A stretch of 63,526 bases of DNA, filler included, from Octopus bimaculoides (Eukaryota): the NCBI RefSeq assembly GCF_001194135.2. It is 7 parts of 5 records of this genome, joined end to end, with 100 filler letters (N's around TTAATTAATTAA, not from the genome) between each part and the next. Parts side by side here need not be neighbours in the genome. Positions count along the whole stretch, not along the records: positions 46,884 to 55,478 come from NC_068994.1; positions 55,579 to 58,163 come from NC_069003.1; positions 58,264 to 61,972 come from NC_068994.1; positions 62,073 to 63,526 come from NW_026339386.1; 3 more parts are not named here. One strand, 5' to 3'. Shown here piece after piece: positions 52,401-63,526 of the stretch (position 1 is its first letter; every line of letters begins with the position of its first letter). The notes below the pieces were generated by a model. The model had not been told where the DNA came from. It saw only the letters and a program-made list of their open reading frames with translations, and did not search any database. Both the position numbers and the translations under genes were made by a program.

Positions 52401-52665
52401 TACGATGACGTGTGTTCCAGCTGATCCGATCAACGGAACAGCATGCTCGTGAAATTAACATGCAAGTGGCTGAGCATTCCACAGACACGCGTACCTTTAA
52501 TGTAATTGAAAGGGCGACTCAGCGTGACACCGAATGCGACAAGGCTGGCCCTTAGAATTACAACTCATTTTTGCCACCTGAGTGAACTGGAGCACCGCCA
52601 GGAATCGATCTCACGCTCTCACGATCGTGAGCCAAGTAACCTAACCACTAAGCCACGCGCCTTCA
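52401..52665 (-). mobile_element. tRNA-derived SINE, family C (CpG-rich copy)
   Basis: GAAGGCGCGTGGCTTAGTGG head; homologous to 9868-10170. Confidence 0.65.
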
Positions 52666-53278
52666 GGAACTGAATGTATGTCCAACAGATATAATGAATC
52701 ATTAACGTATTGAACAAAATACAAAGTAGTATTTAGTTATTCAGCCGAAATCAATTTTGCCCTCCTTCCGTTTTATACTAAATATTGTACATTCTTAAAA
52801 TACTGTACCTTTAGTGTATTTGCTATATGTCTTGTCTGTATGTGTGTGTTTCTGTGTTTCTTTTATATGCATCTGCGTGCATCTATCTTCGTACGTATAT
52901 TTGTATTTGTTACTGCTCACATGTGTTATTTTCTACTCATCAACAGAGAGAACTAGCCGTAGCTAGAGGATGCGGAAGAGGCGGTCTTCCCTGGGCGGCA
53001 TTTTTATGGATGGCACCACTTTTGGGTCTGCTGTAGGATATAGGTTTTAAATTTCATAATAAGGAAGATGTGTGTACTAAGACAGGTGAATTTCTGGTTA
53101 GAATATGCTTGTGATCAGAGATAAACGTATCATCAGCCACGAAAGCACACGCCCAACTGGTTATGGTCAAGCAACTGACAAGTAAATCTGTGGTATCGAG
53201 CAGAATATTTACTGTGGCCTATCTTTTGTACCAAGATAGAACATTTACATGATAACACTTCCAATAAGTTAAGATCAG

Positions 53279-54060
53279 GGATCTTTGTGATTTGACGGGC
53301 AACACTTGTTTTCTTAACGAAACACTTTCAAACTTAGGACACTGGTAGAATGTGTCATATAAAACAACTTCTTCTCTTAACCTTCTTAACAAAAAATTGT
53401 ACATCGCAAGTTATTTCATGTTAAAGTTGTCGTATTTCTGTAATTTCAACCAATCACTGACGCCTATTCAACTGAATACAGTTAGTGCTGTTCGGTGTCA
53501 AGTGTGTTATTCCCTGTTTAATTATATCATTATTACCTAGTAAGGGTTTAGGGTTTTAGGGTTAGNNNNNNNNNNNNNNNNNNNNNNNNNNNNNNNNNNN
53601 NNNNNNNNNNNNNNNNNNNNNNNNNNNNNNNNNNNNNNNNNNNNNNNNNNNNNNNNNNNNNNNNNNNNATCATAACCCTAACCGTAATCCTAAAACTAAC
53701 CCTAACTCTAAAACCCGAACCCTAACCCTAAAACCCTAAAGCTAAAACCAGTACAAACGCACGAACGATGTCATAAATAACAGTGACACGGATAGTTTTT
53801 GTTGACAAACAACGGCACTAATTTTATTCAAGGGAAAAAATCCCGTAACACCGTTGTTTATATTCCACGGCGTAATTGTTTTCACCTCAATGATTGGTTG
53901 AAATTACCGAAATACGACAATTTTTTACATGAAATAACTTCAAATACAAAATTTTTTATCTGTTCTATACCACAAAATATACAAGTATTCGAAGTTTGAA
54001 AGTGTTTCGGTACCAAAAACACTACATAAAAAAATGTTGCCCATCAAATCACAAAGATCC
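53279..54060. mobile_element. Non-autonomous TIR element, ~190-bp imperfect TIRs, GG termini, 8-bp TSD (Merlin-like), telomere-like inner repeats
   Basis: TSD AAGATCAG at 53271-53278 and 54061-54068; ends GGATCTTTGTGATTTGA / TCAAATCACAAAGATCC; inserted into a family D copy. Confidence 0.85.
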
Positions 54061-54126
54061 AAGATCAGAAACTATGAGTGCCTCTGACTGGTATTGTATA
54101 AGGATATTATAATAATAATAATAATA

Positions 54127-54189
<63 letters not shown>

Positions 54190-54194
<5 letters not shown>

Positions 54195-54604
54195 TTCCGC
54201 CTTCGCTAAGGCGGAGTTATTGTTTTCAGTCGTATTTGTTTGTTCGTTTGTCCGTGGAGAAGATATCTCAAGAACTTCTGGATGGATTCAGATGAACGTT
54301 CAAGGATGTTTTGATTTTTTATTGTCCATACGGACTAACAAAGAGGGGACAATACAATACATTTGGGGACAGAACAAATGAAAAAAATAAAACGTATGAT
54401 ATAATGAAAAAAATGAAAATGCGAAATGGAAATAATGTTACTTGCCCCACCAAGTAACATCACTTACTTGCCTTTACCTCTGTATTCCATTATGTCCAGT
54501 GGGTCGATATTCGGAGAAGTTGAGGTCAGGTTCAAAAATGAAAACACGGCGAAAAAACACTCGGCGACACCACTAAGGAACGAAACTCACTGAGTGCTCT
54601 TAGT
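54190..54604 (+). mobile_element. Helentron-associated (HINE/DINE-like) element
   Basis: Stem CCGCC-TTCGCTAA-GGCGG, (GTTT)-type tract, GATATCTCAAGAACTTCTGGATGGATT; end ACTGAGTGCTCTTAGT. Confidence 0.5.
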
Positions 54605-54634
54605 ATTATTATTGTTGTTGTTGTTGCTGTTCTT

Positions 54635-54849
54635 AAGGTGTCGAGCTGGCAGAATCGTTAGCACGCAGGGCGAAATGGTTAGTGGTATTTCGTCTTACCG
54701 TTACGTTCTGGCTTCGAATTCTGCTGAGGTCGACTTTGCCTTTCACCCTTTCGGGGTCGATGAAATAAGTACCAGTTACGCACTGGGGTCCATATAATTG
54801 AGGAACTCCCGCCAAAAAATTTTCAAGGCTTTGTACCAAGAGTAGAAAT
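54635..54849 (+). mobile_element. tRNA-derived SINE, family B
   Basis: GAGCTGGCAGAATCGTTAGCACG head and shared body. Confidence 0.8.
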
Positions 54850-54863
54850 AATAATAATAATTA

Positions 54864-54896
<33 letters not shown>

Positions 54897-55427
54897 GAGT
54901 GAGTGAGAGAGCAGGGCATGCCATCAAAGTGACTCTGGGGTAAAATATACGAAGCCCAGTATACCCATCATGACTACCTGTCTGATAAGGGTACACTAGA
55001 TCCATGCATCACAATCATATGTGCGCGACATGGTGATCTCATATCAAGATAAACAGCGCATGACCTTGCAGGTGGGGGCCTAGTTAGAATTTTCTTCGGG
55101 CCGAGTAGCCCATCCCGCAATAAGGGTTGTTTAAGGATGTTGAACGAAACCCCCATGTTTCCAAAGGTGAATTATCCAAACCCCAAAGAATTCCTCTCAA
55201 CACATGGCTATGATGCTCCCCCACTACTTCTGCTCGTGACCAGAGATGCACATATCGTCAGCCACCAAGGGATATGCTCAACTGGTTAATATCACACAAA
55301 TGACAAGCAAATCTGTGGCATTGAGCAGAATATATTTACTGTAGCCCATCTTCTATACCAAGACAAAACAATGTGCATGATAATACTTCCAATCAGTTAA
55401 GATCAGAAGCCATGAGAGCCACTGCCT

Positions 55428-55428
<1 letters not shown>
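54897..55428 (-). mobile_element. Retroposon, family D
   Basis: Matches 11471-12026; (ATT)n on both sides. Confidence 0.8.
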
Positions 55429-55478
<50 letters not shown>

Positions 55479-57659
55479 NNNNNNNNNNNNNNNNNNNNNN
55501 NNNNNNNNNNNNNNNNNNNNNNTTAATTAATTAANNNNNNNNNNNNNNNNNNNNNNNNNNNNNNNNNNNNNNNNNNNNATATGCATATGCATACACACAT
55601 ATATATACATATATATAGATATGTATATACACATTTGTATCATATATATATACATATATGTATATATATACATATGTAAGTATGTATACATGTATGTATA
55701 TGTATGTATATATATATAATTCTTAGAGATATAGGGTAAAAATTAATAATTAATTGATACAATCCCGACATCACAAAATGTGTCTGAATAAACATTGCCG
55801 GACAGCAAATAGAGACTGGGACATTGCTTAGAAAATATTTTTCATTTTTAACCTCGTATATAGTATGCACTAGGGATTTTGACCTTTAAATTTTGGGAAA
55901 AAATTGCGGATTATACTCGAGGATAAACAAAAAATTTTTAAATAATTTAAATAAACTTCCAGTAAACACTGTCTGTGACTTGGTAATTACTATGATCTGA
56001 AACCAATTCACTTCAATTTCGGTTATGAATGTTCTAGGAAAAAGGCTCGAACATCACACATCACACAACCCCCATCCTTCCTTTAAAAGAAATCTGCAGG
56101 ATTGTGCCAAAGTAAGGAATCAAATACCTTACCGTTTTGTAAGATGATGTGAGTCTTTAAAGTAAAACAGAGTGAGTTCTCTCCTGACCGGAGCAAAAAA
56201 TTCTTCACGGCAAGTCTAAAGCAAAGATGTTTTCGCTGAAGTAAGAGTATAATGTGTTGCAATAGGTTACCACTGAATAAATAACTAAAGTGCAAAAATC
56301 CAGTGAAAGCAAATGAGAGACACACAGACAGACAAAAGAAAAACAAAAGAAAATAGAAAGTAGGGTAGAAGGAGCAAGGAATAAATCAAATAAACCTTTA
56401 TAAGCTCTGTTGATTATCTAGACTGTTAATTAAGCTTTCAATATTTCCAAATAACAACTTGATATAAAGGATATGGCTGAATGGATCCATTCTGCACGTT
56501 AACAAAGCCAAACAGAGATTTCTTTGGATTTCTCTTTCAAAGTGAAAACTCTACAGATAATTTATTCAGCTTGTTTCTCTTACATGCCCTGTTTAACAGA
56601 GTTTTATTAAATTATGCTAAACAAAAATTAATGACTGCAAAATATTACATAGTCAAAGTGATAACACATACATAACTTTCTTTAAGATATTTATACTGAG
56701 TCTTGCTTGAATTAACAAATATCTCACACACAAAAAGGCAAATATTTGTGTCCTAATTAGTAAATACATAAAGTCTCTATTTACTAATTAAGAGCTGCAG
56801 TGGTTTAGGTCACTAATGAATTGGAATGTTTAAAATGGGGTTCAAGAATTGTTTCTAAATACCAGCAGCATACAATTTGAAATGGCACAGTCCACCTACT
56901 GTAACAAGGCACAATTGTTGTTGTTTAGCCTTTGGTCAACCTGGTCAACACAAGCAGATATTTGATCAAAAGTATTCCAATTATGGCCAACCTGTCTTGT
57001 AGAACTGTGTTACTTAATGTGATGTTTACTTCTTTAAAAATGGTAGGGTGTGATATGAGGGAGATTTGGTTGTTATTTTTAATCAAGTCAAGCAACTATG
57101 TAGAGACTTTCTCATTAGCCTATCCTCTGTAGTGAGGTTCACCACTGAACTCATCATAGAAACAGCTAAATGAGGGGTTCTCTACAACTTGTTAGAAATA
57201 GCAGATAAATCTCTCTCACAATCACACCTTGCCATCTTAAAAAAGGGAAAATCAAGTCAGGAACTAAAAAAGAAGACAACATGATATAATAACTGCAATA
57301 GGTATCAAGTTTGTTTGAACAAAGCTGACCTAGGATTGAATAACATCAACAGCCTGTCACAATGCAGAGTTTAACTTCTTCCTTGTCTGGTTTAAGCCTT
57401 GGAATTGGCTGCCACCAACACTATCAAGCTGATTTGCCCTAAGTACACTAATTTGTTTTGAGGGAAATAGTGCCTTGCTACTTCAGAAATTATCAATTTA
57501 AATGATGGAGGATCCAGGAGAGCTAAGGCAAGCTGACTTTTCTGATTGCCAATGGATGATGTATTATAAAGTTCATTCTGGTCATTTGATGGTTTGGTTA
57601 CAGCTGAATGGACAACTTAGATAAGTGTAGATTCCCTTACTGTCATTTGAAATTCCAGC

Positions 57660-58163
57660 AGAATTTCAATGAAGTTTCAGTACAAATTCAGTAATACTTC
57701 GGAGCATGACAAGTATGTCCTGCAAACCCTGGTGGAGCAAAATCCCATCACAACTGTTAAGGAACTAGCAGAGAAGCTCAGATTTGGTCAGTCAACCATT
57801 CATCGACACCTGCAGTTGAAGAAAAATGACCATCTTTGGTTTTAAGAATAAAGGTGTTCTTCCATCAGGATAATGCTCAGCCACATACAACGAGGATGAC
57901 ATTCCAAAGGCTGGAGCAGTTTAAATGGAAAACGATACCCCTTCCAACATATTCACTGAACATTGCCCCATCTGATTATCCTTTATTTTGCAGTCTTCAA
58001 AATCATTTGAAAAGAAAAAATATGAATTGTGTAGATGAGGTCAAAACAGTACTAGAGGAGTAATTTTTGTCACAGACAAGTGAATTTTGGAATAGGGGTC
58101 TTACAAGTCTACCAGATAGATGGAAGAGCATTGTACAAAATGAAGGAGAGTATAGTTTAGATT
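57660..58163 (+). mobile_element. Internally deleted mariner transposase remnant
   Basis: HTH (TTVKELAEKL..QSTIHRHL) joined to FHQDNAQPH, YSLNIAPSDY and SLPDRWKSIV. Confidence 0.85.
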
Positions 58164-58263
58164 NNNNNNNNNNNNNNNNNNNNNNNNNNNNNNNNNNNNN
58201 NNNNNNNTTAATTAATTAANNNNNNNNNNNNNNNNNNNNNNNNNNNNNNNNNNNNNNNNNNNN

Positions 58264-59419
58264 CCTAATTATCTATCGCTTCCTCCCATCTATTTACAAG
58301 CTTTTTAATCCCATCAATGTAAAACTCTTTTGGTTTCAAAGCGAAGAACTCTGAAATGTCAGTTTTGACCTCCTCCTGGCTTGCGAAAGTTATATCCCCC
58401 AAATGATTCTGTAAACTACGAAACAAATGGTAGTCTGAAGGAGCATGGTCGGGAGAATAAAATGGATGAGGAATTTTATCCCAACCAAGCTCTTCGATCT
58501 TTTGTGATGTGATCTTTGCAGTGTGGGGTCGCGCACTGTCCTGATGAAACATCACTCCTTTCCGATTCACTAAAGCGGGTCTTTTTTTCTTCAAAGCTTG
58601 GTTCAAACGCTCTAATTGCTGACAGTAGACTTCAGCATTGATTGTTGCATTAGGTGGTAACAATTCAAAGTGAATTACTCCTTTGCAATCACATCGGATA
58701 GAGAGAAGAATCTTTTTCCCATGAAGTTCCCTTCTCGGTTGTGGCTGAGCTTTTTCCCTTTTACCAAACCACTGTTTACAACGTTTAACATATCGATAGA
58801 AGATCCATTTTTCGTCACTAGTCACAAGTCTATCCAAAAAGGGTGAAATGAGTTCGCGAGAATGGAGAGAAGAGCAGATGTCAACTCGGGATTTGCGGTT
58901 GCTTTCGGACAGTTCATGAGGCACCCATTTTCCAAGTTTAGGAACCTTTCCAAGTTGTTGAAGATGACGATGAACAGTTGTATGGTTTGAACTAAGCTTT
59001 ATTGTCAATTCTTCAACTGATAATGCAGGATTTTCTTCAAGTAATGCCTCAAGGAGCTTATCATCAAATTCAACTGGACGTTCGATCTTCAAGGCTGAAA
59101 TCTCCATCTTCTGCAAGTTCTTTCATTCAAGCATTCTTTTCCATAAAGTGAGTGTATGTTTCGAGTCGCTTCGGCTGCAGTTTCCTTTATTGTACTCATA
59201 AAGTATTATGTGCCTCAAATGCTCTTTGGTTACTTCCATGTTAGAAAAGGTTTTAATCAAAGAAATTTTAATTCTATTATTCTGTAAAATAATATTTAAT
59301 TAGTTTGAATGTACACAAATGCATAAAAATAATTTTTAATTCCATTAGACATTCTGAAATACTATTAAATTTCATTCAATTTTAAAAAAGGTAAAATCGG
59401 ACAGAACTTATGGGATGAC

Positions 59420-59424
<5 letters not shown>
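58264..59424 (-). mobile_element. Mariner element; catalytic region open (58265-59116) but N-terminal HTH frameshifted
   Basis: WVPHEL, LVTSDEKWI, HQDSARPH and YSPDHAPSDYHLF (D,D34D). Original ATG at 59239 (MEVTKEHLRH) with frameshifts; TIR TCAGGTCATCCCATAAGTTCTGTCCG abuts (TA)n. Confidence 0.93.
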
Positions 59425-59483
<59 letters not shown>

Positions 59484-60289
59484 CGACAGGCTTCCACTCA
59501 GTTTCCATGCTTCTGTGCATCAAATTCACTCATAAGGCACTGATCGGTCCGTGGCTATAGAAGACAGTTGCCCAAGGTACCGCACAATGGGGATGAACAC
59601 GAAACCACGTTGTTACCAAGCGAGCTGCTTATCCACACCGCCATGCCTGCGCCAATCTTCTTTTTTCTTTTCTTTATTTTATAGTTTTTACCAGGAAGGG
59701 GAGGGTAACCTCCACGACTGTTATTTTTTCCCCAGGACACAGTGACTTGTAAGAGACTAGAAGGAACTTATTCACTAACCTTAGACTCGACTTCAATACA
59801 TATCACAGAGTGGACTCCAGGGCGACGGATTAAGTCTACCAACCAAAGACTTTGAACACAAAGAAACAGAGAAATCACCCAAGAATTCCGTCAATCTATT
59901 GCTCTGGATTAGTACTTAATTGTCAACAGCGAAAGGATGAAACGCGAAGTTGACCGCAGCAGCATTTGAACTTCATCATGCAGTAGGCCGGAAAAAGTAC
60001 CGCAGAGGATTTTGTTTGTCGTTCAATCAATTCTAATTCAACTAATCTACCGTTAGTTGACGTCAGAGGGGTTTGATCTCAGATCTCAGAGAGCTGGAAC
60101 AAATACCGCAAGGTATTTTGTCCTGCGCTTTAACGACTCTTGTGTTGTTTACATGTATGTATGTATGTATGTATGTATGTATGTATGTATAGTTATATAT
60201 TTAAGAGATGAGGAATTATGTATATTATTTATATTACTTACATTTGACAAACAAGATGAGGATAAATATCCGTCAAATGTAAATAATGT

Positions 60290-60431
60290 AAGTAGTGTGT
60301 ATGTATGTATGTATGTGTTTGTCCGTTCGTCTATCTGTTTATCTACCTATTTATGTTTGTTTATCTCTCCCCCCTCTCTCTCTCTCTCTATCTATGTATC
60401 TGTCTGTGTGTCTGTCTGTGTGTCTGGGTGT

Positions 60432-60480
<49 letters not shown>

Positions 60481-60620
60481 TGTGTGTCTGTCTGTGTGTC
60501 TATCTGTGTGTCTGTCTGTCTGCGTGTCTGTCTGTGTCTATCTGCCTGCCTGCCTGTGTGCCTGTGCGCCTATCTGCTTGATTGTCTGTCTGTCTGTCTG
60601 TCTATCTACCTGTCTGCCCG
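60290..60620. repeat. Compound (GT)n/(CTGT)n microsatellite
   Basis: Direct reading. Similar (TA)n, (TACA)n, (CA)n, (ATT)n and (ACC)n tracts occur throughout, e.g. 1-450, 7645-7735, 10560-10870, 49400-49570 and 60960-61270. Confidence 0.95.
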
Positions 60621-62165
60621 ATTGTTTGTCTGTCAGTCTGTCTAAAATTATCAGTAAAAATACGTTACAGGAAAACTGTGGAGTTGTATCAGATGGGCCG
60701 TGTTTGTTCTTGGGTGAAAGTAGATACATTTCGTCCCCCAGTTCACCTCTCAACAATCATATCGAATTTAACTCTGGATGGAGACTTGGAAAATAATTGC
60801 TGGTCATTTTCCAGTTCATGTTTGTTTCAGTTGGATGGAGGAAGAACATAACTGCTCTAAATATTCGACAAACTATCCTAATAGTTAGTATTTCATACCA
60901 GATGGTGTCATTGCAATACGTCCTTGACTCTCGATGGCCAAGTCAAAGACATTCAAAACAGTATACATACATACTTGCATACATACATACATACATACAT
61001 ACATACGTACATACATACGTACGTACGTACATACATACATACATGCATGCATGCATGCATGCATGCATACATACATACATACATACATATATGCATACAT
61101 ACTTGCTTACATATATATATATACATACATAAATACATACATACGTATATACACACTTGCATACATACATGCATATTTGCATACACATATACTTACATAC
61201 TTAGGTTCAATACATACATACATACATGAATGCATACATACATACATGCGTGCATGCATGCCTACATACATAGGCGCAGACATGGCTGTGTGGTAAGAAG
61301 GTGCTTCCCAATCATATAGTTCTGGGTTCAGTCACCACCATCACCAGCAAAAATCTCTATCAACATCACCGCCAACACCAGCATCAATGTTACCAACAAG
61401 ACCACCACCACCACCACCACCACCACCACGAATCCGAGTACCCCCGACACCACCAACATCATCATCACTGTAACCAGCAAGAACACTATCGCCAGCAATT
61501 AACGTGGGAGCCTTCTCACAGTAGTCATTCGACCTGCTAGAAGTAGCAGCTACATCCTCTATATCAAATCTTATTGTCTTTAGAAATGAAAGACATATTG
61601 GGCAATGTAATGCTAAATATACAACAGGTGAGATGGTCATATTTAGAATGCCTTTGATAATAGATCTGCTCGATCAAAGCTGACTTGAAGCCAAGTACCT
61701 CCAGCGCCACTTACGCCAACCCCACAATTACTATAACCATTATCAACAACAATAACAGCCGCAGCAACAAGAACAAGAACAACAAAAACAAGAACAAGAA
61801 CAAGAAGAAGAAGAAGAACAACAACAACAACAACAAATAACGTCGTATGTTGCAGTTTAATAAAATAATTTTAAAAAATATTTCTTAAAAGAAATTTATT
61901 CATTTATTTTTAAAAATTTTAATATTTGTTTTCCCCAGTTTGTGATTTCATAACATTTTTACATTTATAAAGNNNNNNNNNNNNNNNNNNNNNNNNNNNN
62001 NNNNNNNNNNNNNNNNTTAATTAATTAANNNNNNNNNNNNNNNNNNNNNNNNNNNNNNNNNNNNNNNNNNNNGTGTGTGTGTGTGTGTGTGTGTCTGTGT
62101 CTGTGTGTGTATGTATGTGTATATACATGTGCATGTGTATGTGTATGTGTGTTTGTGTGTGTGTT

Positions 62166-62204
<39 letters not shown>

Positions 62205-62552
62205 ATACACACACTTTGATTTTGCATATGGTTTGCAAGATTCTTAACCTGAATTCGTGTGTTGAAACAAATCTTGTATCATGGAAAGATCATTACTCCA
62301 ATAATAACAAACAGCACACGTACTGGATCAATATCATTTCTTTATGGTTATTGAATCGGCTAAGTATCTAACTTACTAACTTAATCGATCGTTTGTTGAA
62401 TGTGTTGGCTGGAGAATCGTTTGTTTGTGTGTCAACCGATTGATTGTTTAACCAACACATTAAACAAACGATCGATTAGTTAGTTTGTTAGGTATTTAAC
62501 CGATTGACTATTTTTAACCGTCAGATATCTAACAGATTGACTATATTAACCA

Positions 62553-62763
62553 CTTTTATTCTTTTACTTGTTTCAGTCATTTGACCGCGGCCATGCTGAA
62601 GCACCGCCTTTAGTCGAGCAAATCGAACCCAGGACTTATTCTTTGTAAGCCTAGTACTTATTCTATCGGTCTCTTTTGCCGAACCGCTACGTTACGGGGA
62701 TGTAAACACACCAGCATCGGTTGTCAAGCGACGTTGGGTGGGGTGACAAACACAGACACACAA

Positions 62764-62806
<43 letters not shown>

Positions 62807-62974
62807 TACGACAGGCTTCTTTCAGTTTCAGTCTACCAAATCCACTCACAAGGCTTTGGTCGGCCCGAGGCTATAGTAGAAGACACTTGCCCAAGGTGCT
62901 ACGCAGTGGGACTGAACCCGGAGTCATGTGTTTAGTAAGCAAGCTACTTACCACACAGTCACTCCTGCGCCTCC
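62553..62974 (-). mobile_element. tRNA-derived SINE, family A, near full length (CpG-rich copy)
   Basis: GGAGTGACTGTGTGGTAAGTAGCTTGC head, GGTTCAGTCCC B-box, tail GACTGAAACAAGTAAAAG. Confidence 0.85.
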
Positions 62975-63491
62975 ATTAATTATTTAACAGATTGACTATA
63001 TCTAAACCTCAAATATTGTACCTATTTAATATACGTACGTTATAAATTAATTCTTTAATAAGTTTGCCTGAACTTATTAACTACAAAACTGAACATTTAT
63101 CATCCATGTATTCTTAAGAGATATTCAAAGCGTATAATTAAAACGGGCCCAATTTATTTTGACCTTAAGTTGACATGAAACAGCTCTATAAAGTCCTGGC
63201 ATCAAAAATAATCGCCGTCGAGAAAACCATTAAAGTTGTGCGTTTGTACAAAATTACCCGGTGGTGTTGTTTGTTTTGTCCGAGTTACATAGACGCACCC
63301 ATGTCGCTCCATCCATCAGAAATGCAGTGAACCATTGACTAGGTAGTAAGGGAAATAAATTTGATACGAAACTGTTGCTGTATGGCTTTTTAATTCATTT
63401 ATCTTGAATAAACAGTACTTCTGGAAGATGTTCTATTTATTCGCACTAAAAAGCGTGCGCGCACATCGCTCCATATACACAAACACAAGCA

Positions 63492-63526
<35 letters not shown>

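Noticed and set aside
53541-53750. Telomere-to-telomere fusion scar
   Set aside because: The arrays are degenerate and enclosed by TIRs and an 8-bp TSD, so they belong to a transposon.
56133-56300. Minus-strand exon candidate ending ACG|GTAAGG
   Set aside because: No recognisable coding similarity, and an isolated donor motif is common by chance.
60057-61640. CVCV, YIHT and poly-His ORFs (also at 41-541, 49.4-50.1 kb and 62.0-62.4 kb)
   Set aside because: Translations of simple repeats, with no splice or domain support.

Overview
AT-rich, microsatellite- and transposon-dense metazoan genomic DNA with many N gaps; the repeat landscape suggests a cephalopod (Octopus-like), which is an inference. 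One host gene is supported: a minus-strand TRIM-NHL gene of the Mei-P26/NHL-2 subfamily. I mapped ten coding exons (44860 to 17454). All have GT-AG boundaries with compatible phases and join to 2286 nt (761 aa plus stop): B-box 2, coiled coil, low-complexity linker, NHL propeller. The start, RING and B-box 1 exons were not found; they lie in a gap or outside the window. The rest is decayed mobile DNA: hAT, maT/Tc1-mariner, mariner, a Chapaev-like fragment, RTE/RTEX/CR1/R4-like LINEs, several SINE families, Helitron/Helentron-like elements and a Merlin-like TIR element. Main leads: a ~93-95% identical 290-bp-arm intronic hairpin 97 nt from the B-box 2 exon acceptor; two hammerhead-ribozyme-like motifs near 1.6-2.1 kb; a possible alternative donor adding a hydrophobic segment; a CpG-decay boundary near 46.5 kb; and a YY1/E-box CpG-rich element at 7.2 kb. 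No CRISPR arrays, rRNA or true tRNA genes were seen. All analysis was by eye, without database searches.
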